From a bacterium (GTDB lineage Bacteria > Bacillota_I > Bacilli_A > RF39 > UBA660): a DNA stretch of 64,000 nucleotides. Each line of letters starts with the position of its first letter. Within the stretch, counting starts at the first letter, position 1. The stretch spans positions 56,569 through 120,568 of the forward strand of contig JAUNMG010000001.1 of NCBI GenBank assembly GCA_030531905.1. Reading direction: 5' to 3'. The notes under the pieces were generated by a model. The model saw only the letters and a list, made by a program, of their open reading frames with translations, had not been told where the DNA came from and made no database searches. Made by a program: the position numbers and the translations under genes. Positions 30,264 to 40,186 of this stretch are shown in pieces.

Positions 30264-31010
30264 TTAATATCTAACAATGTCATTGCAAACAAATATTTTT
30301 TTAATAAGTTCTTTTACTGCAGTACCACAGTATGAACAACTTTTTTCACCTAAGCTAGTTATAGGACTTCCGCAATTTGGACAATGTAAACCAATAGCCT
30401 TAATATCTTTACTAAGCTTTTTCTCATCATAAATATAGATAAATTCAGTTCGTGCACGATCTTGTGTTTTGATACTTTTACCATTTCTTTCAAGAAAATA
30501 TTCATAACTAGAAGAAAAGTATATAGTCGCAACACCACCTTCTTTTTTGTATCTAGCTACAACAGTATTGTGAATTTTAAAATTTTTGAATCTAACTTCT
30601 TCATCTTTATCATCACTAATCATTTTATCTATAAAACTTTTTATTTTTCCACTAAACTTGCTAGAATCCTTTGTTTCAATTGCTTTATAACTATCAAGTA
30701 TTACTTTTTCAGCTTCTCTTTTCAATTCATTTATATTTATATCAATAAAATCTTTCTTTATTTGTTCTAAATAAATACTATCCATACTAGAAAGTGATTT
30801 AGGGACTTCTTGATCTTCAATTCTAGCTTCCTCAATTATATCTTTTAGACTCATTCCATTAAATCCATGTTTTCCAAGAACATTTTTAATTTTGAATTTA
30901 ATATATAAGTAACAAAATATTATAAATAAAATAAAGATTATTACTCCAATTAAAAAATACATAGTATCACCTTCTTTAATTTTATCATACAAAATTAAAA
31001 TTAATAACAT
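30264..31010 (-). CDS. membrane-anchored protein with C-terminal zinc-ribbon (CPNCG...CSYCG)
   Basis: N-terminal TM helix (YFLIGVIIFILFIIF), central coiled/Tim44-like region, C-terminal CxxC...CxxC. The likely start is the internal ATG around 30962. Confidence 0.5.
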   Translation of the reverse strand: MLLILILYDKIKEGDTMYFLIGVIIFILFIIFCYLYIKFKIKNVLGKHGFNGMSLKDIIEEARIEDQEVPKSLSSMDSIYLEQIKKDFIDININELKREAEKVILDSYKAIETKDSSKFSGKIKSFIDKMISDDKDEEVRFKNFKIHNTVVARYKKEGGVATIYFSSSYEYFLERNGKSIKTQDRARTEFIYIYDEKKLSKDIKAIGLHCPNCGSPITSLGEKSCSYCGTAVKELIKKIFVCNDIVRY

Positions 31011-31064
31011 AAACTAAAAATATTTTATCTTGATATGCTATAATATTAAAGAAATATAATAATT

Positions 31065-31706
31065 ATGGGTGATAATATTATGAAATTTAGCTCTCCAAAA
31101 GTAGAAAAATGCGTTCCTAAAGAAATTTTAGAAAGTTTTTCTACAAATGAATTTAATAATGGTATTTATGATAATAATATAAATAAGAATATTATAGTAG
31201 ATTCCACTACTTTTGATAGTTGTATATTTGAAAATATTGATTTTAGTAATATAAAACTAGAAAATGTAGATTTAATTGATGTTGTTTTTAGAAATTGTGA
31301 TTTATCAAACCAAAACTTTGATAAGCAATTTATAAGTAGAGTTACTTTTAATAATTGTAAACTACTAGGTACAAGTTTTATTGACAGTAGTCTAAATAAT
31401 ATTGAGTTTTGTGAGTGTAGTTGTAAATATATCAATTTGGCAGCTAGTAAAATAGAAAATTTAAAAATAATAGATTGTGATTTTAGTGAATCATCATTTT
31501 CAGAATCAAAATTAAAAAGCATAGATTTTGATAAAGTAAAATTTATGAATGCTGAATTTATAATGACAGATTTGAAAGGTATAGATTTTTCTAATTGTGA
31601 CATTAATGGAATTATGTTTGATTCTAAATCTTTAAATGGAATTATTATAAATACTTTTCAAGCGTCAAGTATTGTTGGAATGTTTGGAGTTAAAATTAAA
31701 AATTAA
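31065..31706 (+). CDS. pentapeptide-repeat protein (Qnr/MfpA-like size and architecture)
   Basis: About 213 aa, almost entirely A(D/N)LxX-type pentapeptide repeats (NIDFSNIKLENVDLIDVVFRNCDLSNQNF...). Size matches Qnr-family topoisomerase-protection proteins. Confidence 0.7.
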   Translation: MGDNIMKFSSPKVEKCVPKEILESFSTNEFNNGIYDNNINKNIIVDSTTFDSCIFENIDFSNIKLENVDLIDVVFRNCDLSNQNFDKQFISRVTFNNCKLLGTSFIDSSLNNIEFCECSCKYINLAASKIENLKIIDCDFSESSFSESKLKSIDFDKVKFMNAEFIMTDLKGIDFSNCDINGIMFDSKSLNGIIINTFQASSIVGMFGVKIKN

Positions 31707-31891
31707 AAAAGGTACCTAGATAGTTCTAAGTACCAATCTATATACAGGGGATCTTCACATAACTTCGTGAACCCTCCCCACTAATATAATATGTAAGAAA
31801 ATGCCAAATATACAAAAAAAGTAATTTATTTTATTTATTGATTAAGATATTTTAGGTATAATACTTATAATAATTAAAAGGACGGGATAAT

Positions 31892-32990
31892 ATGACAAAT
31901 GAGAAAATAGAAAAAATACTAACAAACAGTTTAAAAAAAGTAAATGATTTATGGAGGTCACTTTGACTGCTGTGAAAAAATAAAACAAATAAAACAATTA
32001 GAAGAAAAAACTATGGAAAATGGTTTTTGGAATAATAAAGATATATCTTCTGAAATAATAGATGAAATTAATAAATTAAAACAGATAGTAGAACCTCTAG
32101 AAGAATTAAAATCAAAAATAAACTCAAACTTAGAACTACTTGAGTTATTAGAAATAGAAGAAGACAATGAGGTTTTATCAGCAATCGAAAAAGAAATTCC
32201 TCTAATTGAAAAAAAAATATCAGAAGTTAGCTTAAATTTATTACTAAGTGGAAAGTATGATGGAGAAAATTGCATTTTAGAGATTCATCCAGGAGCAGGA
32301 GGAACAGAATCTTGTGATTGGGCAATGATGTTATATCGTATGTATAGAAGATATGCAGAAAGGAAAGACTATAAAGTAGAAGTTCTTGATTACCAAGATG
32401 GAGAAGAAGCAGGTATTAAAAGTGTTTCTATGTTAATAAAAGGAACAAACGTCTATGGATACTTGAAAAATGAAAAAGGTGTTCATCGTTTAGTTAGATT
32501 ATCACCATTTGATTCTAATAATAGAAGACATACATCTTTCGCTTCTGTCGAAGTAACACCAGATATAAAGAAAGATATCGATGTTACTATAGATGAAAAA
32601 GATTTAAAGATAGATGTTTATAGATCAACAGGAGCAGGAGGACAGGGAGTAAATACAACAGATTCAGCAGTAAGAATTACCCATCTTCCTTCCAAAATAG
32701 TAGTTACTTGTCAAAATGAAAGAAGTCAAATTCAAAATAAAGAGCATGCTCTACAAGTACTAAAAACGAAATTATTCTTATTAGAAGAAGAAAAACAACA
32801 ACAAGAGTTAGCTACAATTAAAGGAGGACAACAAAATATTGAATTTGGTTCTCAAATTAGAAGTTATGTTATGCATCCCTATTCAATGGTAAAAGATCAT
32901 AGAACTAATGTAGAAACAAGTAATGTTTCCAAGGTATTAGATGGAGATATTGATCTATTTATACAAAGTAATTTAGAAAGAGGTGTTTAA
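31892..32990 (+). CDS. prfB: peptide chain release factor 2, with programmed +1 ribosomal frameshift (join 31892..31963, 31965..32990)
   Basis: Short frame-0 ORF MTNEKIEKILTNSLKKVNDLWRSL ends at the in-frame UGA within CTT TGA C, preceded by an internal SD GGAGG. The +1 frame continues into an RF2 body with SPF and GGQ motifs. Confidence 0.9.
31953..31967 (+). promoter_or_regulatory. RF2 autoregulatory +1 frameshift site (internal Shine-Dalgarno GGAGG plus CUU UGA C)
   Basis: Seen directly. GGAGGT lies 3 nt upstream of CTT TGA C. Confidence 0.9.
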
Positions 32991-33872
32991 ATGAAATTTT
33001 TTCAAAATAAAAGGCTTGATCCTATTGAAAAAAGAATAAAAAGCAAGTCGAAATTAAAAAGATATTTGGAATTCTTTGTAGGATGTAGTATCCTAGCTAT
33101 TTGCTTTAACCTTTTTTTATCACCAAATGATTTAGTACCAGGTGGTGTTTCAGGAGCAGCCATTATTTTGAATCACCTTTTTGGAATAGATAAATCTTTG
33201 TTTATATTAATTGTAAATATCATTTTATTAGTCCTTAGTTATTTCTTACTCGGAAAAGAGAAGACTAAAGCTTCAATTTTAGGTAGTTTTTTATTTCCAA
33301 TATTAGTTAGTCTAACTTCAGATATAAATTTATATTTAAAAATAGATAATTCACAAGTCCTACTTTCAGCTCTTTTTGCTGGAGTTGTCTATGGTTTTGG
33401 AGCAGGTATAAACTTTAAAGCTGGTTTTACTACTGGTGGTACTGATATCTTAAATCAAATAATATCTAAGTATTTTAAAATAAGCATGGGAAAAAGTATG
33501 CTGATTTGTGATGGAACAATAGTTGTACTATCAGGAGTTGTTTTTGGTATTAATAATTTAATGTATTCTATAGTAATTCTTTACTTAATAAGTTATATGT
33601 CTGATCGAGTTATTTTAGGAGTGTCAGATAGTAAAGCTTTCTATATAATAACTGATGAAGAAGAAAAAGTAAAAGAATATATTATAAAATACTTAAATCA
33701 TGGAGTTACTGTTTTTCAAGCAAAAGGTGGATATAAAAAAGAAAGACAACATGTCTTAATGTGTGTTTTACCAACAAAAGATTACTTTCGTCTAAAAGAA
33801 GGAATTCATGAAATAGATAAAGATGCTTTCTTTGTTGTAACAGATTCCTATGAAGTATTTGGAGGTGAGTAA
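32991..33872 (+). CDS. YitT-family membrane protein (DUF161 with C-terminal DUF2179)
   Basis: Multi-TM N-terminal region with a GGVSGAAII motif. C-terminal soluble domain (YIITDEEEKVKEYI...VFQAKGGY). Confidence 0.75.
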   Translation: MKFFQNKRLDPIEKRIKSKSKLKRYLEFFVGCSILAICFNLFLSPNDLVPGGVSGAAIILNHLFGIDKSLFILIVNIILLVLSYFLLGKEKTKASILGSFLFPILVSLTSDINLYLKIDNSQVLLSALFAGVVYGFGAGINFKAGFTTGGTDILNQIISKYFKISMGKSMLICDGTIVVLSGVVFGINNLMYSIVILYLISYMSDRVILGVSDSKAFYIITDEEEKVKEYIIKYLNHGVTVFQAKGGYKKERQHVLMCVLPTKDYFRLKEGIHEIDKDAFFVVTDSYEVFGGE

Positions 33873-34767
33873 TTTGCATCTTTTTAATAAAGAAGAATTA
33901 GCTCTTTTACCTGAAGATATTCTAAAAAAAGTTAATACCCATCATCTTTTGAAAAGATATATTATGTTACTTATATCTATGTTTATTTCAGCTTGTGTTT
34001 TCAATTTATTGATTGTTCCAACTAATATTGTAACTGGTGGAATAAATGGAATTTCAATTATCTTAAAAAACATCTACGGCTTTTCTCCATCAATAGTAAT
34101 GCTTGTCATATCATTAATTTTATTACTATTTAGTTACATGTATTTAGGAAAAGCTCATGCAGCAGGAACTATCGTTGCCGCCTTCCTATATCCATTATTT
34201 GTTCAATTAACTTCTAATATATCTTTGCATCTAGACTTTAAACCAGATGATTTGCTTCTTATTTCAATTTTTATTGGAGTAGTTGGTGGCTTTAGTAATG
34301 GTTTAATGTATAAAACAGGTTTTAGTAATTGTGGTCTTCCCATAATAAGTCAAATACTTTATAAGGAGTTTAAAATTCCAATATCAAAAAGCAACTTTAT
34401 AATTAATGGAATTATAGTTTTAATAGGAGGATTTTTCTTTGGATTTACAATGGTAATGTATGCCTTAATAATTCTTTATATAAATAGTTTTATGTTAGAT
34501 AGAGTAATTCTAGGAGTATCTAAGAATAAAGCTTTTTATATAATAACAGAAGAATATGAAGAAATAAGAAAATATATTATTAATAATCTTCATCATAATG
34601 TTACAATGTTCAATGTTAAAGGTGGATTTTTAGAAAAGAAAAGAATGGTTTTATTAACAGTAGTTCCCTCAAAAGAATATTTTGCAGTAACAGAAGGTAT
34701 CAAAGAAATAGATAGTAAAGCCTTCTTCTTAGCGTGTGATGCATATCAAGTCGAAGGAGGAAATTAA
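33850..34767 (+). CDS. YitT-family membrane protein (tandem paralog)
   Basis: Paralogous to the upstream gene (GGINGISII; YIITEEYEEIRKYI...MFNVKGGF). An alternative start is the TTG at 33874, preceded by GGAGGTG. Confidence 0.75.
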   Translation: MKYLEVSNLHLFNKEELALLPEDILKKVNTHHLLKRYIMLLISMFISACVFNLLIVPTNIVTGGINGISIILKNIYGFSPSIVMLVISLILLLFSYMYLGKAHAAGTIVAAFLYPLFVQLTSNISLHLDFKPDDLLLISIFIGVVGGFSNGLMYKTGFSNCGLPIISQILYKEFKIPISKSNFIINGIIVLIGGFFFGFTMVMYALIILYINSFMLDRVILGVSKNKAFYIITEEYEEIRKYIINNLHHNVTMFNVKGGFLEKKRMVLLTVVPSKEYFAVTEGIKEIDSKAFFLACDAYQVEGGN

Positions 34768-34852
34768 AAAATTAATACCTTAATTATTGAAAAAAATAAA
34801 AAAATATTATATTCTTATTTTAAGGTAGATTACCTTAGAAAGGGAAAGAAAA

Positions 34853-36508
34853 ATGGTAAGTAAAGAAGAACAAAATATTGGAGTTGAAAAAGAAATAGTT
34901 GAAATACCAACAGAGAATGGCAATGATAAAAAACAAGATAACCAAAAAAAGGGTAAGAGCAGCAAGAAAATGGCTATTATCTTATTAGCAGTTTTAATAT
35001 TTATTGTGATTGTAGCTTTCTTTGTGTATAGATACATTAAAGAAGATAACCAAAAAGAAGAAAAAAAGAAAAGTATAGTGAATACACAAAAAGAATATAA
35101 ATCTGAGTATAAGATGACAGGTAATGATATTCAAGATTTTGATTTATATTTTTTACAATTAGAATCAGCTAAGAAAAATGCTATATATAGTCCATTATCA
35201 ATTAAGTATGCACTTGCAATGTTGCAGGATGGAGCAGAAAATGATACAAAAGCTCAAATTAGTAATCTTATTGGTGATTATAAAACAAAAAAATATACAA
35301 ATAGTGCAAACATGTCATTAGCTAATGCTTTATTTGTAAAGGATACTATGAAAAAAGAAGTTAAAACAGATTATGCTCAAAAAATCAATAATAAATATGG
35401 AGCAGAAGTTGTATATGATGATTTTAAAGATGCTACTAATGTAAATAATTGGATAAGTAAAAACACATTGAATTTATTGAATAACGTTGTCGATGATTCA
35501 ACAGTTTCTAATTTAGATTTAATACTAGTTAATTCTTTGGCAATTGATATGGATTGGAATTACAAATTACAACACGAGGTTAGTGACAGTAAAGTTGCTC
35601 AAAGACTTTATACAGTTAGTTACATCCACGAAGATTATTCTGATTATGTTCCATCTATTGGTAATTCAAGTGAAACATTTAAATCAATTCTATTTAATGG
35701 AAAAAGTCAAGTAAAAGCTGCCCAAATAGGAGCTACTATTAATAATTATGATATTATAAAAGAATTGGGTGAAGATAATATCAGAAAATTTATCGAGGAA
35801 AAATATAGGGAGTATTTAAAAAATCCTGGATGTGGAGAAGAAACAACAGAAGAAGCTATAAAAAATTATGTTGATAATTATGTAAAAGATATTAATAAGA
35901 ATTATAAACAAGTAGATTATTCAACGGACTTTCAATTTTATACAGATAGTAATGTAAAGGTTTTTGCAAAAGATTTAAAAACATATGATAATACAACACT
36001 ACAATACGTAGGTATAATGCCAACAACTATGACATTAGATGAATATATAAAAAGCATAAATTCAAAAGATATAAGTAAACTAATAAGTAATTTGAAATCA
36101 CTTGAATTAAGTAGTTTTGAATATGGTAAAATTTATAGAATAACAGGATATATCCCTTTCTTTAAATACGATTATGAGTTACATTTAAAAGAGGATTTAA
36201 AGAAGTTAGGAATAACAGATGTATTTGATTCTAAAAAAGCTAATTTATCTAACATTTCAAGTAAAAATGAATATATAGAAAAGGCAATTCACAAAGCAAA
36301 TATTGATTTTTCAAATGAAGGAATCAAAGCAGCAGCCACTACCGTAATGGGTGGTATAGGGTCAACTTCATGTGGATTTGATTATAACTATAAGGTTCCT
36401 GTTGAGACAATAGATTTAACCTTTGATAAACCATTTATGTATATTATTCGTGATAAATCAACAGGTGAAGTTTGGTTTACTGGTAGTGTATATGAACCAC
36501 AAATCTAG
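34853..36508 (+). CDS. membrane-anchored serpin-family serine protease inhibitor
   Basis: Serpin N-terminal motif (IYSPLSIKYALAMLQDGAENDT). Hinge (NEGIKAAATTV) followed by a reactive-centre loop. C-terminal PFMYIIRD...VWFTGSVYEP. An extra N-terminal ~100 aa carries a TM helix (AIILLAVLIFIVIVAFFVY). 551 aa. Confidence 0.8.
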   Translation: MVSKEEQNIGVEKEIVEIPTENGNDKKQDNQKKGKSSKKMAIILLAVLIFIVIVAFFVYRYIKEDNQKEEKKKSIVNTQKEYKSEYKMTGNDIQDFDLYFLQLESAKKNAIYSPLSIKYALAMLQDGAENDTKAQISNLIGDYKTKKYTNSANMSLANALFVKDTMKKEVKTDYAQKINNKYGAEVVYDDFKDATNVNNWISKNTLNLLNNVVDDSTVSNLDLILVNSLAIDMDWNYKLQHEVSDSKVAQRLYTVSYIHEDYSDYVPSIGNSSETFKSILFNGKSQVKAAQIGATINNYDIIKELGEDNIRKFIEEKYREYLKNPGCGEETTEEAIKNYVDNYVKDINKNYKQVDYSTDFQFYTDSNVKVFAKDLKTYDNTTLQYVGIMPTTMTLDEYIKSINSKDISKLISNLKSLELSSFEYGKIYRITGYIPFFKYDYELHLKEDLKKLGITDVFDSKKANLSNISSKNEYIEKAIHKANIDFSNEGIKAAATTVMGGIGSTSCGFDYNYKVPVETIDLTFDKPFMYIIRDKSTGEVWFTGSVYEPQI

Positions 36509-36604
36509 ATAATAGATATATAAAAAGAGTATTGAAAAAGAATCAATACTCTTTTGTTATGTCGAAAATTGTGATATAATTGTCATACTAAGGAGGTTAA
36601 AGAT

Positions 36605-37300
36605 ATGGACTTAATTAGACTTAAGAATGTCAATAAAAAATATAAAAATGGTGTTACAGCTATATATGATATGACTCTTTCTTTAAAAAAAGGTTCGTTT
36701 ACCTTTGTAATTGGTGGATCTGGTTCAGGTAAAAGTACTTTTATAAAGATGCTTTATCGTGAAGAAAAACCTACTAAGGGACAAATTGTAGTAGGTGGAG
36801 TTAATGTAGCAAAACTTAGAGATAAAAAAGTATATAAACTAAGAAGAAAGCTAGGAATTGTATTCCAAGATTATAGGTTATTACCTAAATTAACAGTATA
36901 TGAAAATGTAGCCTTTGCTATGGAAGTTATTGGTGCTACTAAACAAGAAACAAGACAAAAGACATTAAAAGCTATTGAACTTGTTGGTTTAAAAAATAAG
37001 GTACATAACTATCCAGATCAACTATCAGGTGGAGAACAACAAAGAGTTTCAATTGCTCGTGCGATTGTTAACAATCCGAAACTACTTTTATGTGATGAAC
37101 CTACAGGAAACTTAGATCCTGATATGAGTATGGAAATTATGAAAGTTTTGGAAAATATCAATGAGAAAAAGGGAACTACTATTCTAATGGTTACTCATGA
37201 TAAAGATATTGTTAATAAAATGAAAAAAGATGTTATTACCCTAAAAGATGGTAGAATTACAAGTATAAAAGAAAGGGGAACTTATGATGAAGATATTTAG
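36605..37300 (+). CDS. ftsE: cell-division ABC ATPase FtsE
   Basis: Walker A GGSGSGKST, signature LSGGEQQR, Walker B LLLCDEP. 231 aa. Confidence 0.9.
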   Translation: MDLIRLKNVNKKYKNGVTAIYDMTLSLKKGSFTFVIGGSGSGKSTFIKMLYREEKPTKGQIVVGGVNVAKLRDKKVYKLRRKLGIVFQDYRLLPKLTVYENVAFAMEVIGATKQETRQKTLKAIELVGLKNKVHNYPDQLSGGEQQRVSIARAIVNNPKLLLCDEPTGNLDPDMSMEIMKVLENINEKKGTTILMVTHDKDIVNKMKKDVITLKDGRITSIKERGTYDEDI

Positions 37301-38186
37301 AATGCTTGGAAGAAGTATTAGAGATGCTTTCAAAAGTGTATTTAGAAACTTTAGTTTGTCGCTTGCTTCTATTTCTTGTATTACAATTACCTTAGTTATA
37401 GTAGCAGTATCAATAATTGCCTCTTTTAATGTAGAGAACTTTGCTAAAGAAATAGAAAGCGATTTAACAATAGTAGCGTTTCTTAAATCAGATGTAGAAG
37501 AAAAGGATATAGAAAGTCTAACTACAGAAATAAAAAATATGGCGAATGTTGAGTCAGTTGAATTTCAAGGAAGAGAATCAATCAAAGAAGAAATGTCTAA
37601 GGAATCAGATGCTTTTAATTCTGTTATGTCTGAATGGAGTAAGGAAGATAACCCTTTAAAAGATACCTTTAAAATCAAAGTAAAAGATGCTACTGAAATT
37701 TCTCATACAGCAAAAAAGTTAAAAAATATGGAACAAGTATCTTTAGTAAGATATGGAGAAGGTATGGTTGATAAATTAGTAAATGCCTTTTCTTCAATTG
37801 AAAAAGTTGCTTACGGTGTAGTTATTGCTTTGGTTGTAGTTACAGTATTCTTAATTATTAATACAATTAAGTTAACAATATTCTCAAGAAAAAGAGAAAT
37901 ATCAATTATGAGATTAGTTGGAGCTAGTAACTTTTCTATAAAAACTCCGTTCATTGTAGAAGGTATGTTTTTAGGATTAATTGGTTCTATAATACCGGTA
38001 ATTCTAACTACATTTGGTTACTTAGCTTTCTACAAACATTTCGATGGTTATTTATTTAGTAAATTAATTAGATTAATAGAACCAGAACCATTTATTTATC
38101 AAGCATCAGGCCTTGTTGTAATAATAGGTATTATAGTTGGTATGGTAGGTAGTGCAAGTGCTGTAAGGAAATATCTAAAAATATGA
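37284..38186 (+). CDS. ftsX: cell-division permease-like protein FtsX
   Basis: 4-TM FtsX topology with a large extracellular loop. Overlaps ftsE. Confidence 0.85.
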   Translation: MMKIFRMLGRSIRDAFKSVFRNFSLSLASISCITITLVIVAVSIIASFNVENFAKEIESDLTIVAFLKSDVEEKDIESLTTEIKNMANVESVEFQGRESIKEEMSKESDAFNSVMSEWSKEDNPLKDTFKIKVKDATEISHTAKKLKNMEQVSLVRYGEGMVDKLVNAFSSIEKVAYGVVIALVVVTVFLIINTIKLTIFSRKREISIMRLVGASNFSIKTPFIVEGMFLGLIGSIIPVILTTFGYLAFYKHFDGYLFSKLIRLIEPEPFIYQASGLVVIIGIIVGMVGSASAVRKYLKI

Positions 38187-39379
38187 TGAAGAAAAATTTA
38201 ACAAAATATCTTCTTTTGACTTTAGTAATTTCTTTAGTAGCACTACCAAAGAATACATTTGCAATTACTTTGAAAGAATATGAAGATAAGGTTGCAAAAT
38301 ATACTAAAGAATATCAAGATAAGCAAAATAAAATTGCTAAAAGTAAAGAGGAAGTAGAACAGGTAAAAAAGAATATTGCAAATATTGAATCACAAATTAA
38401 GACAGCAGAAGATGAGATTAAAAGTATAGAAGATGAAATAGATAAAAGTAATAAAGAAATTGAAAATAAAAAAGAACAAAGTAAAAAAATAATGAAATAT
38501 TTTCAAATAATCAGAAGTGGTAATACTTATTTGGAGTATATTTTTGAAGCAGAAAGTGTTACTGATATGATTTATAGGATATCAGTTGTTGAACAATTAA
38601 CTGAATATAATCAAAAAGTTGTTAAAGAACTCAATGAATTAATAAGTCAAAATAAAGTAAAAAAAGCAGAACTTGCTAAAAAAAATCAAGAGTTATCAGA
38701 TTTGAAAAGTAAACTAGAATCAGAAAAAGCAAGAATAGAGCAAGACATTGAAAAAACAGAAGGAACCTTACCTTCAACAAAAGATCAAATTGCTCAATAT
38801 CAAACTTTAGTCAATTATTATAAAAATAAGGGATGTAAGTCAAATGATGTAATAGGAGTTACGTGTGCTGTTTCGAAGCAAGTTAATTCTAGTTCAGGTA
38901 ATAAAAATGTTGGACCAGGAAGCTATATTTATCCTATTAATGGTGGAAGATTTAATAGAGGTTTTTCATATAATCCTAATACTGGTTCAGGTCATAAAGG
39001 ATGGGATATCAGTGTTGGTTGTGGAACGCCAATTTATGCTATAGCTGATGGTACTGTATTCTATACTGGAAATAATCGCGATAAATATGGAGCATATATG
39101 GTAATGATTGACCATGGAAATGGATTATATTCACAATACGCTCATGTTTTATCAAATATACCGGTAAGTCAAAAACAAAGAGTTTCAAAAGGTCAAGTTA
39201 TAGCTTATGTTGGTTCAACTGGATATTCTACGGGATGTCATCTTCATTTAGAATTATCAGCAGGATGTGGATGGAATTATCCATCAAAAAATGAATGTTA
39301 TTACGGTTATTACTCGGATAAAAACCCATTTAATTATTTGAACCATTTAGTTGATCCAGATAATTATATTCCAAGATAA
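38183..39379 (+). CDS. coiled-coil M23/LytM peptidase (EnvC/PcsB-type FtsEX-associated hydrolase)
   Basis: Signal peptide, roughly 200-aa coiled-coil, then a C-terminal LytM domain with intact HKGWDI and HLHLE. Overlaps the ftsX stop. Confidence 0.8.
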   Translation: MMKKNLTKYLLLTLVISLVALPKNTFAITLKEYEDKVAKYTKEYQDKQNKIAKSKEEVEQVKKNIANIESQIKTAEDEIKSIEDEIDKSNKEIENKKEQSKKIMKYFQIIRSGNTYLEYIFEAESVTDMIYRISVVEQLTEYNQKVVKELNELISQNKVKKAELAKKNQELSDLKSKLESEKARIEQDIEKTEGTLPSTKDQIAQYQTLVNYYKNKGCKSNDVIGVTCAVSKQVNSSSGNKNVGPGSYIYPINGGRFNRGFSYNPNTGSGHKGWDISVGCGTPIYAIADGTVFYTGNNRDKYGAYMVMIDHGNGLYSQYAHVLSNIPVSQKQRVSKGQVIAYVGSTGYSTGCHLHLELSAGCGWNYPSKNECYYGYYSDKNPFNYLNHLVDPDNYIPR

Positions 39380-39699
39380 AAAGATTATCTGATAATATTA
39401 GTGATATTAAAAACTAATTGTAATAGAATTATTATTTATGAGGACTAGAAATAGCCCTCTTTAATTTTGCTAATTATATAATCCTTTAACTAACATAATT
39501 CTGTTTTTTAAATGATTAAACTTATAACTATAGGTAGTATGCTATATCGTTAGAATATTCATGAATAAATGTATTAAAAATATATTTTCTTCATACAAGT
39601 AAATATTCTTAGTCTTCTTTTCTTTATTGCTATTTTTTAAATATTATAAAGAGTATAAAAAAAAAGAAATAGTCAATAATATTATTAGGAGGATATATT

Positions 39700-40137
39700 A
39701 TGGAAGAAAAATTAGAACTATTAGAACAAGTTCATCATGATTCAGCCATGGCTGCATATACTATAGAAAAACTACTTGATAAATTAAAAGATAAAGATAA
39801 TAAGATAAAGGCTTATGCTGAAGAAATTTTAAAAGAATATCAACAATTTGAAGAAGAGGCAAAAGTCTTATTAAAAGAAAATAATAAAGAACCATCAGAT
39901 CCATCTCTTATGGCTAAAATGGGTTCATCTATGGGAATAAGTAAAGAGGTAAAAGAAGATAATAGTGATTCATCTATTGCAAATATGTTAATTCAAGGTG
40001 TTTCAATGGGAAGTTTGGAAATAGAGAAAAAATTAAAAGAGTATGATAAAGAATTAGATAAGGATGAAAAAAGTATTGCTAAAAAATTCTTGAAATTTCA
40101 AGAAAAAACAATAAACCATTTAAAAGAATATATTTGA
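39700..40137 (+). CDS. hypothetical helical protein
   Basis: 145-aa ORF with RBS AGGAGG. Predicted all-alpha. Confidence 0.4.
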   Translation: MEEKLELLEQVHHDSAMAAYTIEKLLDKLKDKDNKIKAYAEEILKEYQQFEEEAKVLLKENNKEPSDPSLMAKMGSSMGISKEVKEDNSDSSIANMLIQGVSMGSLEIEKKLKEYDKELDKDEKSIAKKFLKFQEKTINHLKEYI

Positions 40138-40186
40138 TTTATTTCTATATATCTGATATAGTAAATGAAAAGTTATAGGTGGTAAT

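Noticed and set aside
31707-31891. Partial inverted repeats (GGTACCTAGA...TCTAAGTACC; GGGGATCTTCAC...GTGAACCCTCCCC) upstream of prfB
   Set aside because: The stems are imperfect with no T-run. I could not match them to any known riboswitch or sRNA class. They may be a weak terminator or attenuator for the pentapeptide gene.
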